Shown piece by piece: positions 10,456 through 23,975 of a DNA stretch of 64,000 nucleotides. The notes beneath the pieces are model-generated. The model was not told the DNA's origin, searched no databases, and saw only the letters and a program-made list of their open reading frames with translations. The stretch is from Lama glama (lineage: Eukaryota). Location of the stretch: assembly GCA_028534125.1 (NCBI GenBank), contig CM052816.1:35590001-35654000 (forward strand), given 5' to 3'. How positions within the stretch are numbered: the stretch's first letter is position 1; each line of letters starts with the position of its first letter. A program made the position numbers and the translations under genes.

Positions 10456-12782
10456 GTAGAAGTCTTAAAATAAGGGACAATTTCTAAGACTCCATCTTGC
10501 CTTTTGTTTGCTTTCATCATATTTAGTCATATTGTCCTTTAAAGAAAATACTATTTCTAGATTCTTGCCTTATTCCATAAGGGGAAAAAAAATCACCAAA
10601 ATAGCTTTCTCAGGAGTGCTAATTGGTGTTGTCATATTTTTAGTGTAAAATGTATTGAGATAGATATTTTCCTTCTAGTAATTAATTATATGTCTGTACA
10701 CTAGACTACATCTACTTCAAGATCAGTAAATTGGTCCTTATTCAGAATATCTAATGATATAACTTGGGCTGGGCCTAGCTTCATTTTCTTTTTTCCTTTG
10801 AGGAAACCATTTACTAAGTAATGGAATATGGGGTATGCTTAAAACCGTATTTGAAGGAGAAGGGTCCAATCTAATATCCAGCTGCTTTGCATTTGCATGG
10901 AAAATGTGTGCTAATTTCAAAAGGTCTTATCTACCCCTTAGAGAAGGAATGGGATTTTATATTTTGCAGCATCTTATTTCCATATAGAGATATCTTACTG
11001 GCCTATTCACTAACAGGCTTATATTTTAATTCATTTTTATGAAGCTAAACAATGAGTTGATTTAACAGACATTGTTATAATAGGTATTTTTCAGCAGACT
11101 ACTGCAGTTGATTTATGCAGTTCTTTATGTTTGCTCCTATAAAAAGACTATTTTCATCTTTTGTTTTTATTTTCCAAACATACAAGGGTCACTAAACCTC
11201 TTTAGAAATTGCTTCTGAATAGTCATTCTTTGTGTGGAAAAACTACAGTATATTCCTTAAGTGAAATTCAATCAACTACTTTTATGGTAACTGGGCTTAA
11301 AAGACATCAGTGAAAATACCCACACAAGCTCTTAAGATCAAGGCATTTGTTTCAGCTGACTTTAGTATGTACTTATCCATTGTGCATCAGATAATGAGCA
11401 AAATAGCCAGACTTCTAATAAGCAAGTACAATATAGACAAAAGGGAACACTGATTTAAGGTCCTAGTGTCAAATGCGGTAAAACACTCTGTTTATAGCAG
11501 GTCAGGCTTGGGTTTACAATTAGCACTAATTACTGAGAAAAAAATCAAAACCGCAGCTTTAAGGAAGGACACTTTTCACTGCAAGATCAAAGCCAGTCTC
11601 TGCAGAATAGGGAAGCCTCTACCACTTAATTGCACTGAAGTGCTAATTGGATTGTAAGGAACTTTCATGAGTTCCTCCAATTAGCCAGCCATCCCTGACA
11701 AAATCCAAAAAGAGGAGATTATGAGTTCTTAGAGCTTTTGTCTGTAAGGTTGCCATTTGTATACCTGAGTGAATGTAGCCTTGCCTCCTTTTTATGCAGA
11801 TTGAGGTCTTTGGGGTCTCAGTTATTAGCTTCCTATAAATAGCCTTCAATGTAAAGCTATCCATTCCATGTGAAGTCTTCACTTCATGCTAATGACAATG
11901 GGGCAACGTTTAATGGGAACTATTATTTTTATTACGATTCTTCATTTAAAATAGGAGAGTTGGGTACAGTTTCTTGGCTCAGGATTGTTATCACATGCAG
12001 TTAGGATCCAGTTAGGATATTTGTATTACATTTAAGTACTCTTCACTTTGGGTAATTTTTTTTGAAAGGAACGGATAATCAGTAATTTCATAATGTTTAT
12101 TCGCTAAGTAATAATTTTTATCCCTGAGAATTATTCATGGCTCTAATTGTGCTTTGCCCATACGCTGCATCCCCTGTGATTTTTATTGTTGTTTGATCAT
12201 ATAAGGCAGCAACAAATCTGCCAGCTCACCACATGAAAGCTCATATGAGAGTTATCTCTTTGGGCAAAATCATCCATTTGCATAAAGAAAATGGGAACCT
12301 TTGCTTGATGCCAGGTCCTCCCTATGTATTGGAAGCTGTGTGGTGAATTCACCTGTCTCTATTAGATTGGGTCCATAATAAATCTTTAAAAGTTCTTACT
12401 GACATAAAACCTATTCCACTTTATTTACATTCCTCAAACTTTGTTTATTTGGACATTTGCCTATGTGATAAATGTGCTAGATCTCCTTTTGTACTGGCAA
12501 AGGAAGACAAACTTAAGCATTTATCAAGAATTTTAGATGTTCTAAATTATCTGATTAACCTCATTAACTAGAAAAGAATCTACTTCCCACACTTTACTTT
12601 CTGTGATAGAGACCCTACAGTCAATTTTCAAATAATAAAATTGTTGATTTGCATCCCCAAAATTTGAGTATGCTAAAGATAACAACAGAATGTCAGAGAT
12701 TAGTAATATGGTTTTCTATGCTCCAAGAGTCAATGTGTTTCATGCTCAGTTTTTGTATTTTTATAATAAATTGGAGGTCTTA

Positions 12783-13010
12783 TAATAATGATAGTATCTA
12801 CTAGGTGTGCGATTGGTACTACTAGGAGTTTTCCATACTTTACCTCTCTTACTATACCCCTCAAAAAACAGTAGTGCTGTCCTCACTTTACAGATAAGAA
12901 ACCTGAAGCTTAGAAAGGCTCAGTTGCACAGCTGTTTAAGTAACCCAACCACTAACTAGAGAAGCCAGGATTGAAATCCAGTTTTTCTGACTTCAAAGCC
13001 TTCGCTCTCA
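12783..13010 (-). mobile_element. MIR SINE
   Basis: cctcactttacagataagaaacctgaagcttagaaagg...gccaggattgaaatccagtttttctgacttcaaagcc. Confidence 0.8.
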
Positions 13011-13059
13011 GCTTATTGAAATTAGTGGCAAATTAGATCCTGCCCCTTATGTTTAGTCT

Positions 13060-13217
13060 TAGCACCTTGTACATTTCTTATTTGGGACTTATAATTTATA
13101 CCTATATGTTGTTTCTGTTTAATTTCTCGTTCCCCATTTTGGAAAAAAGGGACTGCGTCTATTTTGTTCATCAGTGCCGAAGAAGAGTGCCTGGCCCACA
13201 GCAAGCTCTCAATCACT
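13060..13217 (+). mobile_element. L2 3' end
   Basis: gggactgcgtctattttgttcatc...agagtgcctggcccacagcaagctctcaat. Confidence 0.65.
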
Positions 13218-13919
13218 GGGAGGATGGGGGTGCCTGCACCAGGGCCACAGGCTTCTCACTCCCAGTTCCTTCAAGTATTCTGGTGAAGTCCAGGGACTTA
13301 AAAATATGTGTAGTTGAGTAAAAGATCAGTATTCTAGAATCCTACAAATAATAGGAAAATACTTTATTCTTTGATATTATGTGATTACTTCTTCCAAATA
13401 TTTTAAGTGTTTTTTTTTCTCCTCATCATGAACACATAATTTTCTGTTACAGATAAAAACCTCCCTAAAGGAGGATGGATTTTATACCATGAAATTATTC
13501 AGATAGCTTTTTAAAATTAGGTTACTGGGTGGCAGGCATTGTTTAAAATAACTACCTTCTCTATAAAATATTATACTTTTGCCAAACTCAGACATATCAA
13601 TGAGGACTTCTATGTAGATCTTGAAATTACTAAAGTTGTTACAAGAAATTTATCAACTATGTAAATTTATTGATATCCACTTCTCCGTTCTAATTTATGA
13701 AGATAAAGTAGCTTATGGTTAGATTAGTTTCTTTAAAATAAAATGGAAAGTTGTTCATTAAAAAAAAAAACCTAGCATTTGCTGTTATTAGTTTCATACA
13801 AACTGGCCCACAGACATCTAAGATGCATTTAAGAATATAAGAAAACGTTTTAAAGTCCCATTTGGCATGAAAGGTAGTAGCAATATTTTCTGTGTTAATA
13901 GTCTTTCAGTTTTTACATG

Positions 13920-14053
13920 TAAGTGGTATTTCTTCTCCTAGTAGTTTATATTCCTCATCTGTAAAATGGGAGTAATACCCATATCAAAGGGCATGTGTTG
14001 TATTGTTGTGGAGGAGAACTGACAGAGTAGATGGTCAATAACTGGTAGCTATT
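13920..14053 (+). mobile_element. MIR fragment
   Basis: ttcctcatctgtaaaatgggagtaatac core. Confidence 0.65.
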
Positions 14054-14162
14054 TAGATAGTGGAATGTTAGTACTCACAGTAAAAGCATGAATTATTAAA
14101 TAATGCCTTTACTGGTGTTTTACCCTACCCAAAGAGTTTTGTACTATAAATCCTAACTTATA

Positions 14163-14385
14163 TGGCTGACCCTTGACCAGCACAGAGATTAGAGGCATTG
14201 ACCTTCTTCACAATTGAAAATCTATGTAACTTTATAGTTGGCCTTCCATGTCCATGGTTCTGCATCCCCGAATTCAACCAACCAGCCAGAGATCATGAAG
14301 TACTGTAGTGTGTATTTATTGAAAAAAATCCACATATAAGTGGACCCACACAGTTGAAATTCATTGTTTGTTTAAGGGTCAACTG
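14163..14385. mobile_element. Tigger2a-type MITE (TcMar-Tigger)
   Basis: Inverted termini (tg)gctgacccttga ... ttaagggtcaactg; internal ttgaaaaaaatccacatataagtggacccacacagtt. Confidence 0.85.
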
Positions 14386-14430
14386 TGTATGTGTGTGTAT
14401 ATATATAAAATACATAATGTTAATAAAATT

Positions 14431-14573
14431 TTTAATTTTTTGGTAAAATGTGCATAACATAACATTTGTCATTTTGACAGTTTTAAGCGTACAATTCAGT
14501 GGTGTTAAGTATATTCACAGTATTGTGCAGCCATCATCATTATTGATTTCCAGAACTTTCCAAATAGAAACTT
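14431..14573 (-). mobile_element. L1MB-like 3' end
   Basis: ggtaaaatgtgcataacataacattt...ttttaagcgtacaattcagtggtgttaagtatattcacagtattgtgcagccatca...ttccagaacttt. Confidence 0.85.
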
Positions 14574-15109
14574 ACATATTTTATTTTACATTTTGAATCA
14601 CTATCCATTTTTAAAGAATTAGACAACAAAATTATATTTAACAGATCTGGAGTGAACATTTATTGTGTTCCCTTTATTCCAAAGGCATTTCACTCTCTTA
14701 TGGATCACATTTACTATAAGGAATTAATGAATAAAAGTCATCATTGTAAAAATCTTGATCTTTTCTTACCCAGATTCCAAGAACCTGTCTCCTGTCCTTT
14801 GTTCCCCCCATCTATTACCATGTCCTCACCCAGGAACACTTGAAGTTAAAAAGTTTACCTGAGAAGATTGTGCAGCTGAGATTGGCATTCTCACAGCCAA
14901 ATGAGGCATTCTCAAACCAGGTGTCTTTCAGGAGAGAAATGTTTATCAGGAAAACCATTTGACATGAGTTCCATTTAATCCACAGTGTGCCAGGTTTTGA
15001 CTGATTTTAACTTACCTGTGAGTTTGCATCATCTCTGACGACTTCCCCCGTCCTTCCCCCAGTCTTGGTGTCTACACCCCACCGCCGTTCCCTTGATTAC
15101 CAGAGGTTG

Positions 15110-15495
15110 ACTGCACTCGAAGATCCCATGTCTGTGCCTCTTGCTTGCGTTGCCTGTTTTGCCCTGGTGCCCCTCCCCAACTTGAGCCTCCACTTCTTTG
15201 CAGCCAGGCTGGTTGTTACTGTCTACTTTGTGCTCAGTTCAGACTTCACCTTCTCAAGGAAACTTGGCTGGCACCCAGCCACCTGCCTCTTTTCTGTACT
15301 CCCCTAACTTCCTGCGCATGCATACCCTCCAGTAACCTGCATCACACTCTGCTGAGGATAAATACTTACTGGCTTTCCTTCCCTTTGGATTGGAAACTCC
15401 TACGGTCAGGCAGTGTGACTTACAAGTATTTGTAACCCTATTTCCTAGCACGGTGCCTGGCACAAAGGAGGCCACTAGTAGTTATTAAATAAATG
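15110..15495 (+). mobile_element. L2 3' region
   Basis: Ends cctagcacggtgcctggcacaaaggaggccac...ttaaataaatg. Confidence 0.75.
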
Positions 15496-18400
15496 TTACA
15501 GTGTTAGAGTTTTTTCCAGTTGTTGTCAACCTGTCAGACCCAAGTCCAGTGGATTGCTGTATTTGTATTTTCAGTCTATCAGAACCCTTTGGGGGTTACT
15601 CTTAGGATGAGGATAGAAGAATGAGCAGCTGTGCATGTCAGAGCCTCAGTGAGGACAAGTCAAGTCCCAGAACCATGGGTAAATAAATGAGCTCTGGCCC
15701 ACATGAAAAGCAATGGATCCAAAGGAGCAAAAATAAAAGGGAATCAAGAACCAACAGGAACCACAAAGTTCTCCAAATTTGCCTTCTGTCCATATTATTC
15801 CTGTTCTTGATTAATCTGAATATCAGTTTCCACAGCAGAATAAGGCCCTGGGACTTGTGTGTCACATGAGAAGGAAAGTACATAGATTAATTTTAGTCAT
15901 TGAGAACAGATCTACTGAAACATTCCCTGCAGTAAGTATGGATTTTATTACGAAGTGCTGAATAAACCTCCCAGAGCTTTTCTTGCCTTTGTGAAACCAT
16001 GTTAGTTCCAAAGACCGAAAAAAAAAAGCATAAAAGAAGCAGGGAACTCAGAGGCCATTGCTGGCCACAACCTCAACAAACCACTTTAAGCTCTAGTTTG
16101 TGTTAATTAAGACCATGTTGGAAGGGACATGAAACTGATGTTTTCAGTAAAAAAAAAAAAAAAAAGGAAGACATAGTCCCCATGTTATAAGAACCATTAT
16201 AACAAAACTTTGTACACTGGGCATGTGAACCTTTTTGCATAATAAAAGCTAGTCCTATTAAAATATAATGTACGATGGGGCGATTAGCATGCTTTTCACA
16301 GTGTGATCATTGAAACGTACCAAGCAAATAAACTAGTGAATTTGATGAGTGAATAAAAGGGGGTATGAAGTTGATTAGAACCAGGTGAAAGGCAGGTGAG
16401 GCACATCACAAAATGCTTACAGAAATAAAATCTACCTCGGTAACAAAGAGTTGCTTGTGTGCGTGTGAGTGAATGTGTGTGATTATTCAGCAGCCCTGCA
16501 TATTAAATAAAGATCATGACTCAGAACACTTTAATTTTCTGTGTAACTGAATAAAAATAAGTTGAAAATACCTGAGGTTCTTCTAAAGGATTCCTGATCA
16601 CTCCTCTTTATGTAAAGTGGTCTTTGTATTCCGCTAGACCTAGGGTTCTGCGAAGAGAATTTTACCCATCAGCATCTAAACTCAAGTTATCGGTCAGCCC
16701 TGAATACAGAGGGCCCCTACCTTAGAAGAGAACAATTCCATGGCCCATGCACTCATCAGAAATATCATGGGCTATTGTGCCTGTAAGAGAAGGCCCTTTG
16801 ATGTAAGTACCAAGGCTGTTACCATGGAGACCACATTCAAGTCACTTCCTGACGCCAAAGCACCTGATCTTCATGTCTCCACTAATTTCCACAGAACCTT
16901 GACCACCCTTGACATTTTTAACTCTAATATGACAGAATTTATTTTAAGAAAACGTGTGATCCCACCCTCATTCATAAAACTGAGGACGCAGAATTTTGAA
17001 AGATGTGCCGTAAGCTCTGCAATTTAGAACCTGATGCAGCTTTTCCTTCATTTTCTTATTTCTTAGCATCATGACAGGATTGTTTTCTAGGTAATTTTGA
17101 ATGTTGTTTTAATTTAGGAGAAAGCCCAGGCCTGTCTAATGTAGGGGAAATGGGTCACAGGGTTTTAGCTGGCAGCCACGTGATCTAGGAAGAGACAAGG
17201 ACTAGAAAAAGAAACTGCTGTTTGGGGCTAAGCCAGAAGCATCCATTGGAGTGTTCGCTTTAGAGCTTTTGCATCATTCCTCAAAGAAGGGAGGCCAGAG
17301 TTTGAGTGATTCCAAAGCCTCCATTAGGTTGTAACATACATAGGCTGCTGATGGACGAGTCACAGTTGGGGCAGAAGCAGTGGCCCTTGAAGGGGGAGCA
17401 ATTGAAGGACTGAGAAACTCTGGTAACTTTTTATTTGTGGATGAAGAAGGAGCTTCTAATGATGTATTTTGTGAGGTGTACAAAATGCAAACATGCTACA
17501 GGTCACATTTTTAAGTAAAATAAAGAACATGTGGTTTCCTGTAAATTCTAATTTCTAATTTGTCATATTGTTTTTACCGAACTCTAGTTGTATGACATCA
17601 GTTTGAAATAAAACTAAAGAGGAAATGGATGAGTATTTTTAAAGTGAGGTCGTGGGACAGAGGAGCACGCAGTAGGTATCTCTGCATTAAACAGCTAAGT
17701 CATATGCATTTCGGTGCTTTTTAAGGACGAGTTAACTTGTACCTGGCCCAACTACAGAAGGATGAATAATTAGGCTGTTCTTTCTTCACCAGAGGAGATA
17801 GAAAAAGATATATTAGATGTCGATTGTCAGCTTTTGAGCTCGTTGAACTATAGATAACTCTGAGGTCTGTACAGTATATCTTTTGTTGTGAGAGTAAAGA
17901 TTGTATTTTAGTCAATAGGAGTCTTAAAACTAAATAAGTGGAAAGGATGATGGCCTCTGAAAGGAAAGGAGATAGTTAAACTTACATAAAATATGCAGGA
18001 ACAGTTCTATATCTCTTTGTGCTGAGAACAACTGACAAAAAACAGGATCTGGGCTATCTTCTCTCCTATTTTTACTCATGATCCACTTTTTTTTTAAGCC
18101 ACTTCATCTCCATGTACTATAGTTGATTCATAATCATAAGGGAGGTAATTATGCTCTCCACCTGTATGACGTGGCCGTAGTACTAGTTCAGCTTAGCTCC
18201 TTTCCCTACCGCGTCAAAGGTTAGGAGTTTAGTACGTGCACACAGGGCTTCATGCCCTGCACAGGATGCCTTGTTCACTAACTGCTATTTAAGGATACCT
18301 TCTCCACGTTGATGTCCATCACCCACTGGAATCAGCTAGGTCACCTTATGGCTGCTCAAAAAAATGAGAATGGGGGTACATTTTAAAACATTTTTGGTTT

Positions 18401-19540
18401 TTCCTCAATCCAACTGAATCACCAGGACATTTCTACCACAATTATGAATATTTGCTAACTATATTCTCTGTAGTTAAAATACATTCAGAAGTGTTAGCTT
18501 TTGTTATACATGTACATAAGTGTGTGCTTGTGCTGTGTTTAGGTTATACCTGAGCTGATGTGGGCAGAGGGGCTATATAGTTATGTTAGGTGGAAAACAG
18601 GAATGTGCCCCAAATTGAGGGGTCAGATATAGTCTACGTGTTAAACTCTGTTTGAAGCTCTGAGAGATGACAAGCACCGTTTTCTTCACTAATATCAGCT
18701 TGAATTATAGTACTTTTCAAGTAATGGGTTTCTAAATGTACCTTCCAAATAGGCATTAAGGTTCTCTTCTTCCTGAGTGATTATTTTTTGTAATTTGGCC
18801 TGAAGCCACATTTTCTAACCAACGAAGAAATCTTGTTTCCGTTCTCTCCTTTCCAGTGTTAGAACTGTTTATTAGCGTGTTACTTCCTGATCGCACTAAT
18901 TGGCTGAGTCTAGCGGAGCAGTTGGTGGAACCAGCTGTTGTTTACACCCGCTCTTCCTGGGTCTCTATCCCCATTTTCCTCACCTGTATTACTTCTAAAG
19001 CCCTAATGCCCTTTGTCCTCTTAGCTGTACGACACTCTGGTACAAGGATCTTAATCAGTGATGCTAGAAGGTTGAGAAAGCCCAAAGGAAAGAAACTAAT
19101 AATCAAGAAATGACTATATTAAGCAAAGCAGTGAAACCATGTAAATTTAAAATTAAAAGAATCAGTCTCACAGTTCTGAAGGTGACAAATTATATCTTAA
19201 TTTTAAATGTGAAATGTATGCAAATTCATTTGCTACCTTTCCAATCCTATGGGTGCCTAGATTAGGCACAGAGAAACTCTAAAAGTTACCTTTGTTTTGG
19301 AACTATGTCTTTTCAGTGCTTTTCTTGACTTTCTCCTCAACTGTCCAATAGCCAGTCTCTCCCCCAAAATTAATTTTGTGAAGAATTGGTAAAACTTCTC
19401 AGAGTTTCATCAGCTCACCTTGTCTTGGAGAGTTAGGAGCACATCACCCCAGAATAGTCTGTTTCTTTTCTTGGCTACTGTTTTGAACAATTTGTGGACC
19501 AGCTGCAGAACAAGTTAATTGTCACTGTGGGGACTGAACT

Positions 19541-19750
19541 AATAATATTATCTTTGAGAGCCTCCTGTGTGCCAGACTCAGTGTAAATTTTCTTTAATCC
19601 CGGAGCACCTATACGTGATACTAAAATCCTTACTTTCAAGATGAAGTATACAGATCTTAGAGAGTTTATGTCACTTGCCCAAAGTTAGATTGTAAAGGGA
19701 AGAAGAGAATTGGAGCCTTCGGTCTACCTGACCTCTGATCACTATACATT
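19541..19750 (-). mobile_element. MIR SINE
   Basis: ttgagagcctcctgtgtgccag...agatgaagtatacagatcttagagagtttatgtcacttgcccaaagt. Confidence 0.75.
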
Positions 19751-19828
19751 ATGCCTTTGGAAAGAAAGCCAGAGATTATCAGCACCATACTGTACACAAG
19801 CAAAGTGGCCAACCAAGTCCTTCTTCAG

Positions 19829-20000
19829 CAGTAGTTCCTAAACCTTACTGTGCAGAATAATCACATGGGGAGCACAGCAAAATTGTAGATTCCTTACTAT
19901 ACCCGCAGAGGAATTTGAATATACCTCCAGGAATCTGAATCTGAATTTTTGAGAAGTACCCCAGATAATTCTGCAGCAGATTTCCACTTTGAGAATTGCT
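19829..20000. mobile_element. MER5-family hAT MITE
   Basis: cagtagttcctaaacctt...aatcacatggggag...aaaattgtagattcc...ccaggaatctg...ccccagataattctg...cactttgagaa. Confidence 0.75.
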
Positions 20001-21579
20001 TTTCTAAGTGTATTAATAAAATATCTGTGTCTGTCTGTCCATCTATCCATCCACCCATCTATCTTGTGTGTGTGTATCTGGAAGAGTTTCCATATAATTT
20101 TTACTTGAAAAAGAAAAAACCTGACTTCTCTTTCCACATGATGGTTAAGTTTTTGGTAGTTTAATGGCAACCCCTTCACAATCTAAGCCCTCTTTCTCTG
20201 TCCACTATCTTCTTCCCAAGAAAGCTAAAGGGTTGTTTTTTCCTTCTTCAGATTGATTCAAGAGTTCATTGATTTTTCAGTTGAGTCTTTTCAGGTATTT
20301 CTAAAAATATTTTCATCTTGATAGGGTTGGAATTTTATTTAAGGTTGACATCTATTAACGTTTTGAGAAACCTCTCTTTTGACACTTTTAGCCATAAAGA
20401 CTGATTTTAATTAGGGGACACAACTTTAAAATTTCTTTGGTAGGTGGTCTATTGCAAACCCAGATATAAGCGTAGGCTACCTGGAAAATCTGTCTCTGAA
20501 ATAATAACGAATTGGGGAAAAATAAGTGTAGCAGCACATCTTTTGTTATGAGAGATTTTTAATTTAAAAACTTAGTTTTCCATAAGCCAGTGCATTTTTC
20601 ATGGAGAAAGGCTGTTGATGACACTTCCTAAAGTGCTGCAACATTTTGCTAATTTAAGAAAGGTCTCCTTCAGATCGATGGCGACCTTATCAATAGGATG
20701 ATCTCATTCATCTCCTTTGGAGACTCTTGTCACAGGGAGCTGCAATAGTGCTGAGTTGCCTCTACTCTGATTGCAAAATCAACATTAGAGAGGTTTTCAG
20801 AATCAGTCTGTGGTAAAGTGAAACATCTTTGTGATCTTTCTTAGTTATTAGTTTTTAAAAAAATCACAAACCCATGCTCCTGATATTATTCACTCTTAAT
20901 TTTTTTCTTAAGACCAATTGCTATTTAGGTAAGAGGGAGAATGATTTTGTGGTATGTATTGAATTTATGGTTCCTTTGGACCAGTACTTCCTCCTGCTTA
21001 ATGCATTAATTTTGTTCGTATAAATTATTCTATTATTTGTTGGAAACAATTTTTAAATATCACCAAATGTAATAAAAAATGAAATTCCTTATAGGTTACT
21101 AGTTTTTAGCAGTTCTTCTAAAAATTATTTTATTATTTGAAAGAATAATTTTGTTTCCTTGAGGTTGGGTAAAATTGAGAGTTGATTTTCAAAATAAATG
21201 CATTACATGTTCCACAGTTAACATATCTGATATGTCAGAAAATTAATGAGACTGAATTTCCTGTGTGGATTTTGAAGTAAATCTCTGGCATTAAAGTCAC
21301 TTTTTGTATTGGAGCAGTAATTGAGCAATCTAAAATTCCTTGAGCCTAATTTTACAGATAATACTAAAAATGAGAAGGTCAGTTTTCTTATAATTAACCT
21401 TCTTCCATTTCTTTTCTGCTTTTTATATTTCTTAATTTTGTCCTGACCGTTTCAGCTTTCTAATATTAATTTATCTCAATTTTCCTTCATTTCTAGTCAT
21501 CTGTGATCAAAACCACTTTCTCTCCATCTACTATCGTTTCATTCATCTCTCCTTTTAAAATCTGTTTTCTCTTCTGTAG

Positions 21580-21597
21580 CCTCATGAATATGCCATG
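21580..21597 (+). other. Candidate 18-nt frame-preserving microexon
   Basis: tctgttttctcttctgtag | CCTCATGAATATGCCATG | gtatgt. AG-free pyrimidine-rich zone 21497-21577. Reads PHEYAM (phase 0) or xLMNMPx (phase 2). Confidence 0.55.
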
Positions 21598-22210
21598 GTA
21601 TGTCAACTTTCTTTGACTAATTAGGAGGGGGAAAAGAATTCTTCACTTTGCTTTTGAGATTGTCATTCTCCCTGTGTACCAGTGGAACAATTAAAATCAG
21701 CTGTCTTTGCCTACTAATGATTCCATGAGTTAGATGTGCAAAATTGAAATAGGATGTTTTCCTTTTGAGGACCCCATGCACTCTGTAACAGTGTGCTCTC
21801 CCTTGCACTACGGGCCAGTGGACTGCTGTTCAGTGCATAGGCATAGCTTAGCTACTTGCTGAACTGATCTTTCCTGAGACAGCACTGACCACTTGAAACT
21901 GTTGCTACTTTATACTATTTCTGTGTGTTTTATATATATGTCAGGAAAAGCATTACTTAAATGGCCACATGTCGGTCATATCCATAATACTTGATAGGGT
22001 TATTTTATATTCATTTTATTTTGTGCATACCTATTTACCTTACTTCTCATTTGGAAATACTATATTACATGAGATGCTCTTCTAAGAGGAGTATTTATTC
22101 AACACTCAGTTTTTATCTTTTAATATTCAAAACTATCAGAAAATACATGCAAGCATCTTATTCATGTTTTAGAGCTATTTCAGCTAATAACAAGTTACAA
22201 GAAATATGAG

Positions 22211-22472
22211 TCAATGCAATGAGAATTTATTGAGTACCTACTATATGCATAAACTTTTCTAGGTTTTATGAGAATTATTTTAAAAATTTAAAATTTGATA
22301 ATTAGTGACATAGTAAGATATAAGATATATGATTAACTGTCAGAATAATTGGTAGACCCAATCAATGTTCTGTGATTTCAGAGAAAAGAGAAATCAGTAT
22401 GAATTGATGACCTTGGAAGGATTGGTTGAAGAGACAGTGTTTAGACTTGTCCTTGAAAGATGAGTACATTTG
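22211..22472 (-). mobile_element. L2 fragment
   Basis: atttattgagtacctactatatgc...gagacagtgtttagacttgtccttgaaagatgagta. Confidence 0.65.
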
Positions 22473-23975
22473 TATGTTATATCCATAACAAAAATCTGCT
22501 ACTGATTCTATTTAGAAAATAAAAGGGAGGTGATTTTAAGACTTCATGCTAGAATAACTTAGAGAATGAGATGTCATTAGTGAAAGAAAAAAAAAGGTGT
22601 CGTAGGAGCTGGCTTGAGAGAGAAGGTGAAGAATCTGATGGTGGACATTTGAAGTGTAATGTCCAGTAAGAAGGTAGAGATACAAGAAACCAAATGTTGC
22701 ACCAAGGGTAGAAATGGATGCAGTATTGGATGGTAGAGAGCAGACAAATGGAATTGCAGGGACCAGTGTTCCAGTCGGTGCCCTCCCTGCCGCCAACAAG
22801 GTAAGTTTAGTCAAGCAATTTCATGGCTTCCAGCTTCCATTTTCTTATACGTAAAATAAGAGTCCTGCAATTCCTTGCATTTTAACATTCCATAAAGAAA
22901 CATGTCAGCGTTCACCACACATAAGTAATAGTTGAATCCATAGACATATATCTATCTGACTTTTGAGAGAAGAGGAATATTTAGTGAGAGTAAAGGAGGA
23001 AAGCTGGTCCTGGAGGAACGGTGAAGTTTTGAAGTGGAAGAAGACAAAATAGAAGAGGATGTGTTGCCATGGGGCGATGATAGTGTTAAGGAGGAGAGAG
23101 AAGCAGCATGTGTGGTAACAGAGCACAGACATAAGTTAGGAGTGACAGTTCATGTCTCGTGACTTTCTGTCCAGCCTGCGTCTGATGAGGTAGACCTCGT
23201 GCTGTGGCACTGAACTAGTGTTTCTTAGGAGGCTGTAATCACAGATCACAAGATGTGTCTGTACGGATTTTCCCTTGCACTGAATATTTGAATATTTTGC
23301 ATCATGAAAGTCAAATTAACTTATTGACTGTTCTAAAAAAAGCTAGACTTCTTTAGGTCAAATCGTGTTCATGTACGCAATCACGTGTACAATATAGGTT
23401 AGTCAGAATATATAAGGTATATAAGGTGCCACTTATACCATGTAAATAGTTCATATAAACTTGCTTTCATCTCTAATTACTTACTTCAGGTTTTGGAAAT
23501 ATGCCAATATTTTAAACAGAACCACTGAAAACATCATTTGATTACCTGAGCTATTTGGTGATATATTAAAATAATACAAACATACTTGTGAACCCAATAT
23601 TCAACACACATCAGAAAACTATAATTTGAAGAGATCTTCAAAGACCTAACAGTTTCTGTCTTTCAAATTTAACCCTTCAGTAAGAAATGATTATATTAAA
23701 ATACTCATCATTTCTAACCAGCTCTGTGACTGGAGTCTCAAATAACTAATTATTTATTTATTCCTCAGGGATGATACTAAGATAGTTTCAGTAATGTTGG
23801 AGGCAGATGTGGAAAACTACCAATACCTAAAATATCTACTTTAATTTTAAGACTGTTAATAATGCAAAAAAAATCCAATTTTTGTCTTATCAAAAGAGAG
23901 AAAACCAGAGAAAGGTCATTATAGAAGAATACAAAGAGTAAATATAAAAATGCTTGAAAGAGAGAAGCCATCAAT

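Noticed and set aside
16721..16780. Minus-strand 60-nt AG...GT pair
   Set aside because: Short pyrimidine tract, stops in all three frames, no supporting partner exon.
18830..19113. Strong plus-strand acceptor (ttctctcctttccag) followed by an 85-aa ORF
   Set aside because: No good donor found and the peptide is unrecognised; isolated acceptor-like sites are common in introns.
20252..20294. 43-nt AG...GT segment reading LIQEFIDFSVESFQ
   Set aside because: Weak donor (gtattt), and the segment itself looks like T-rich intronic sequence.
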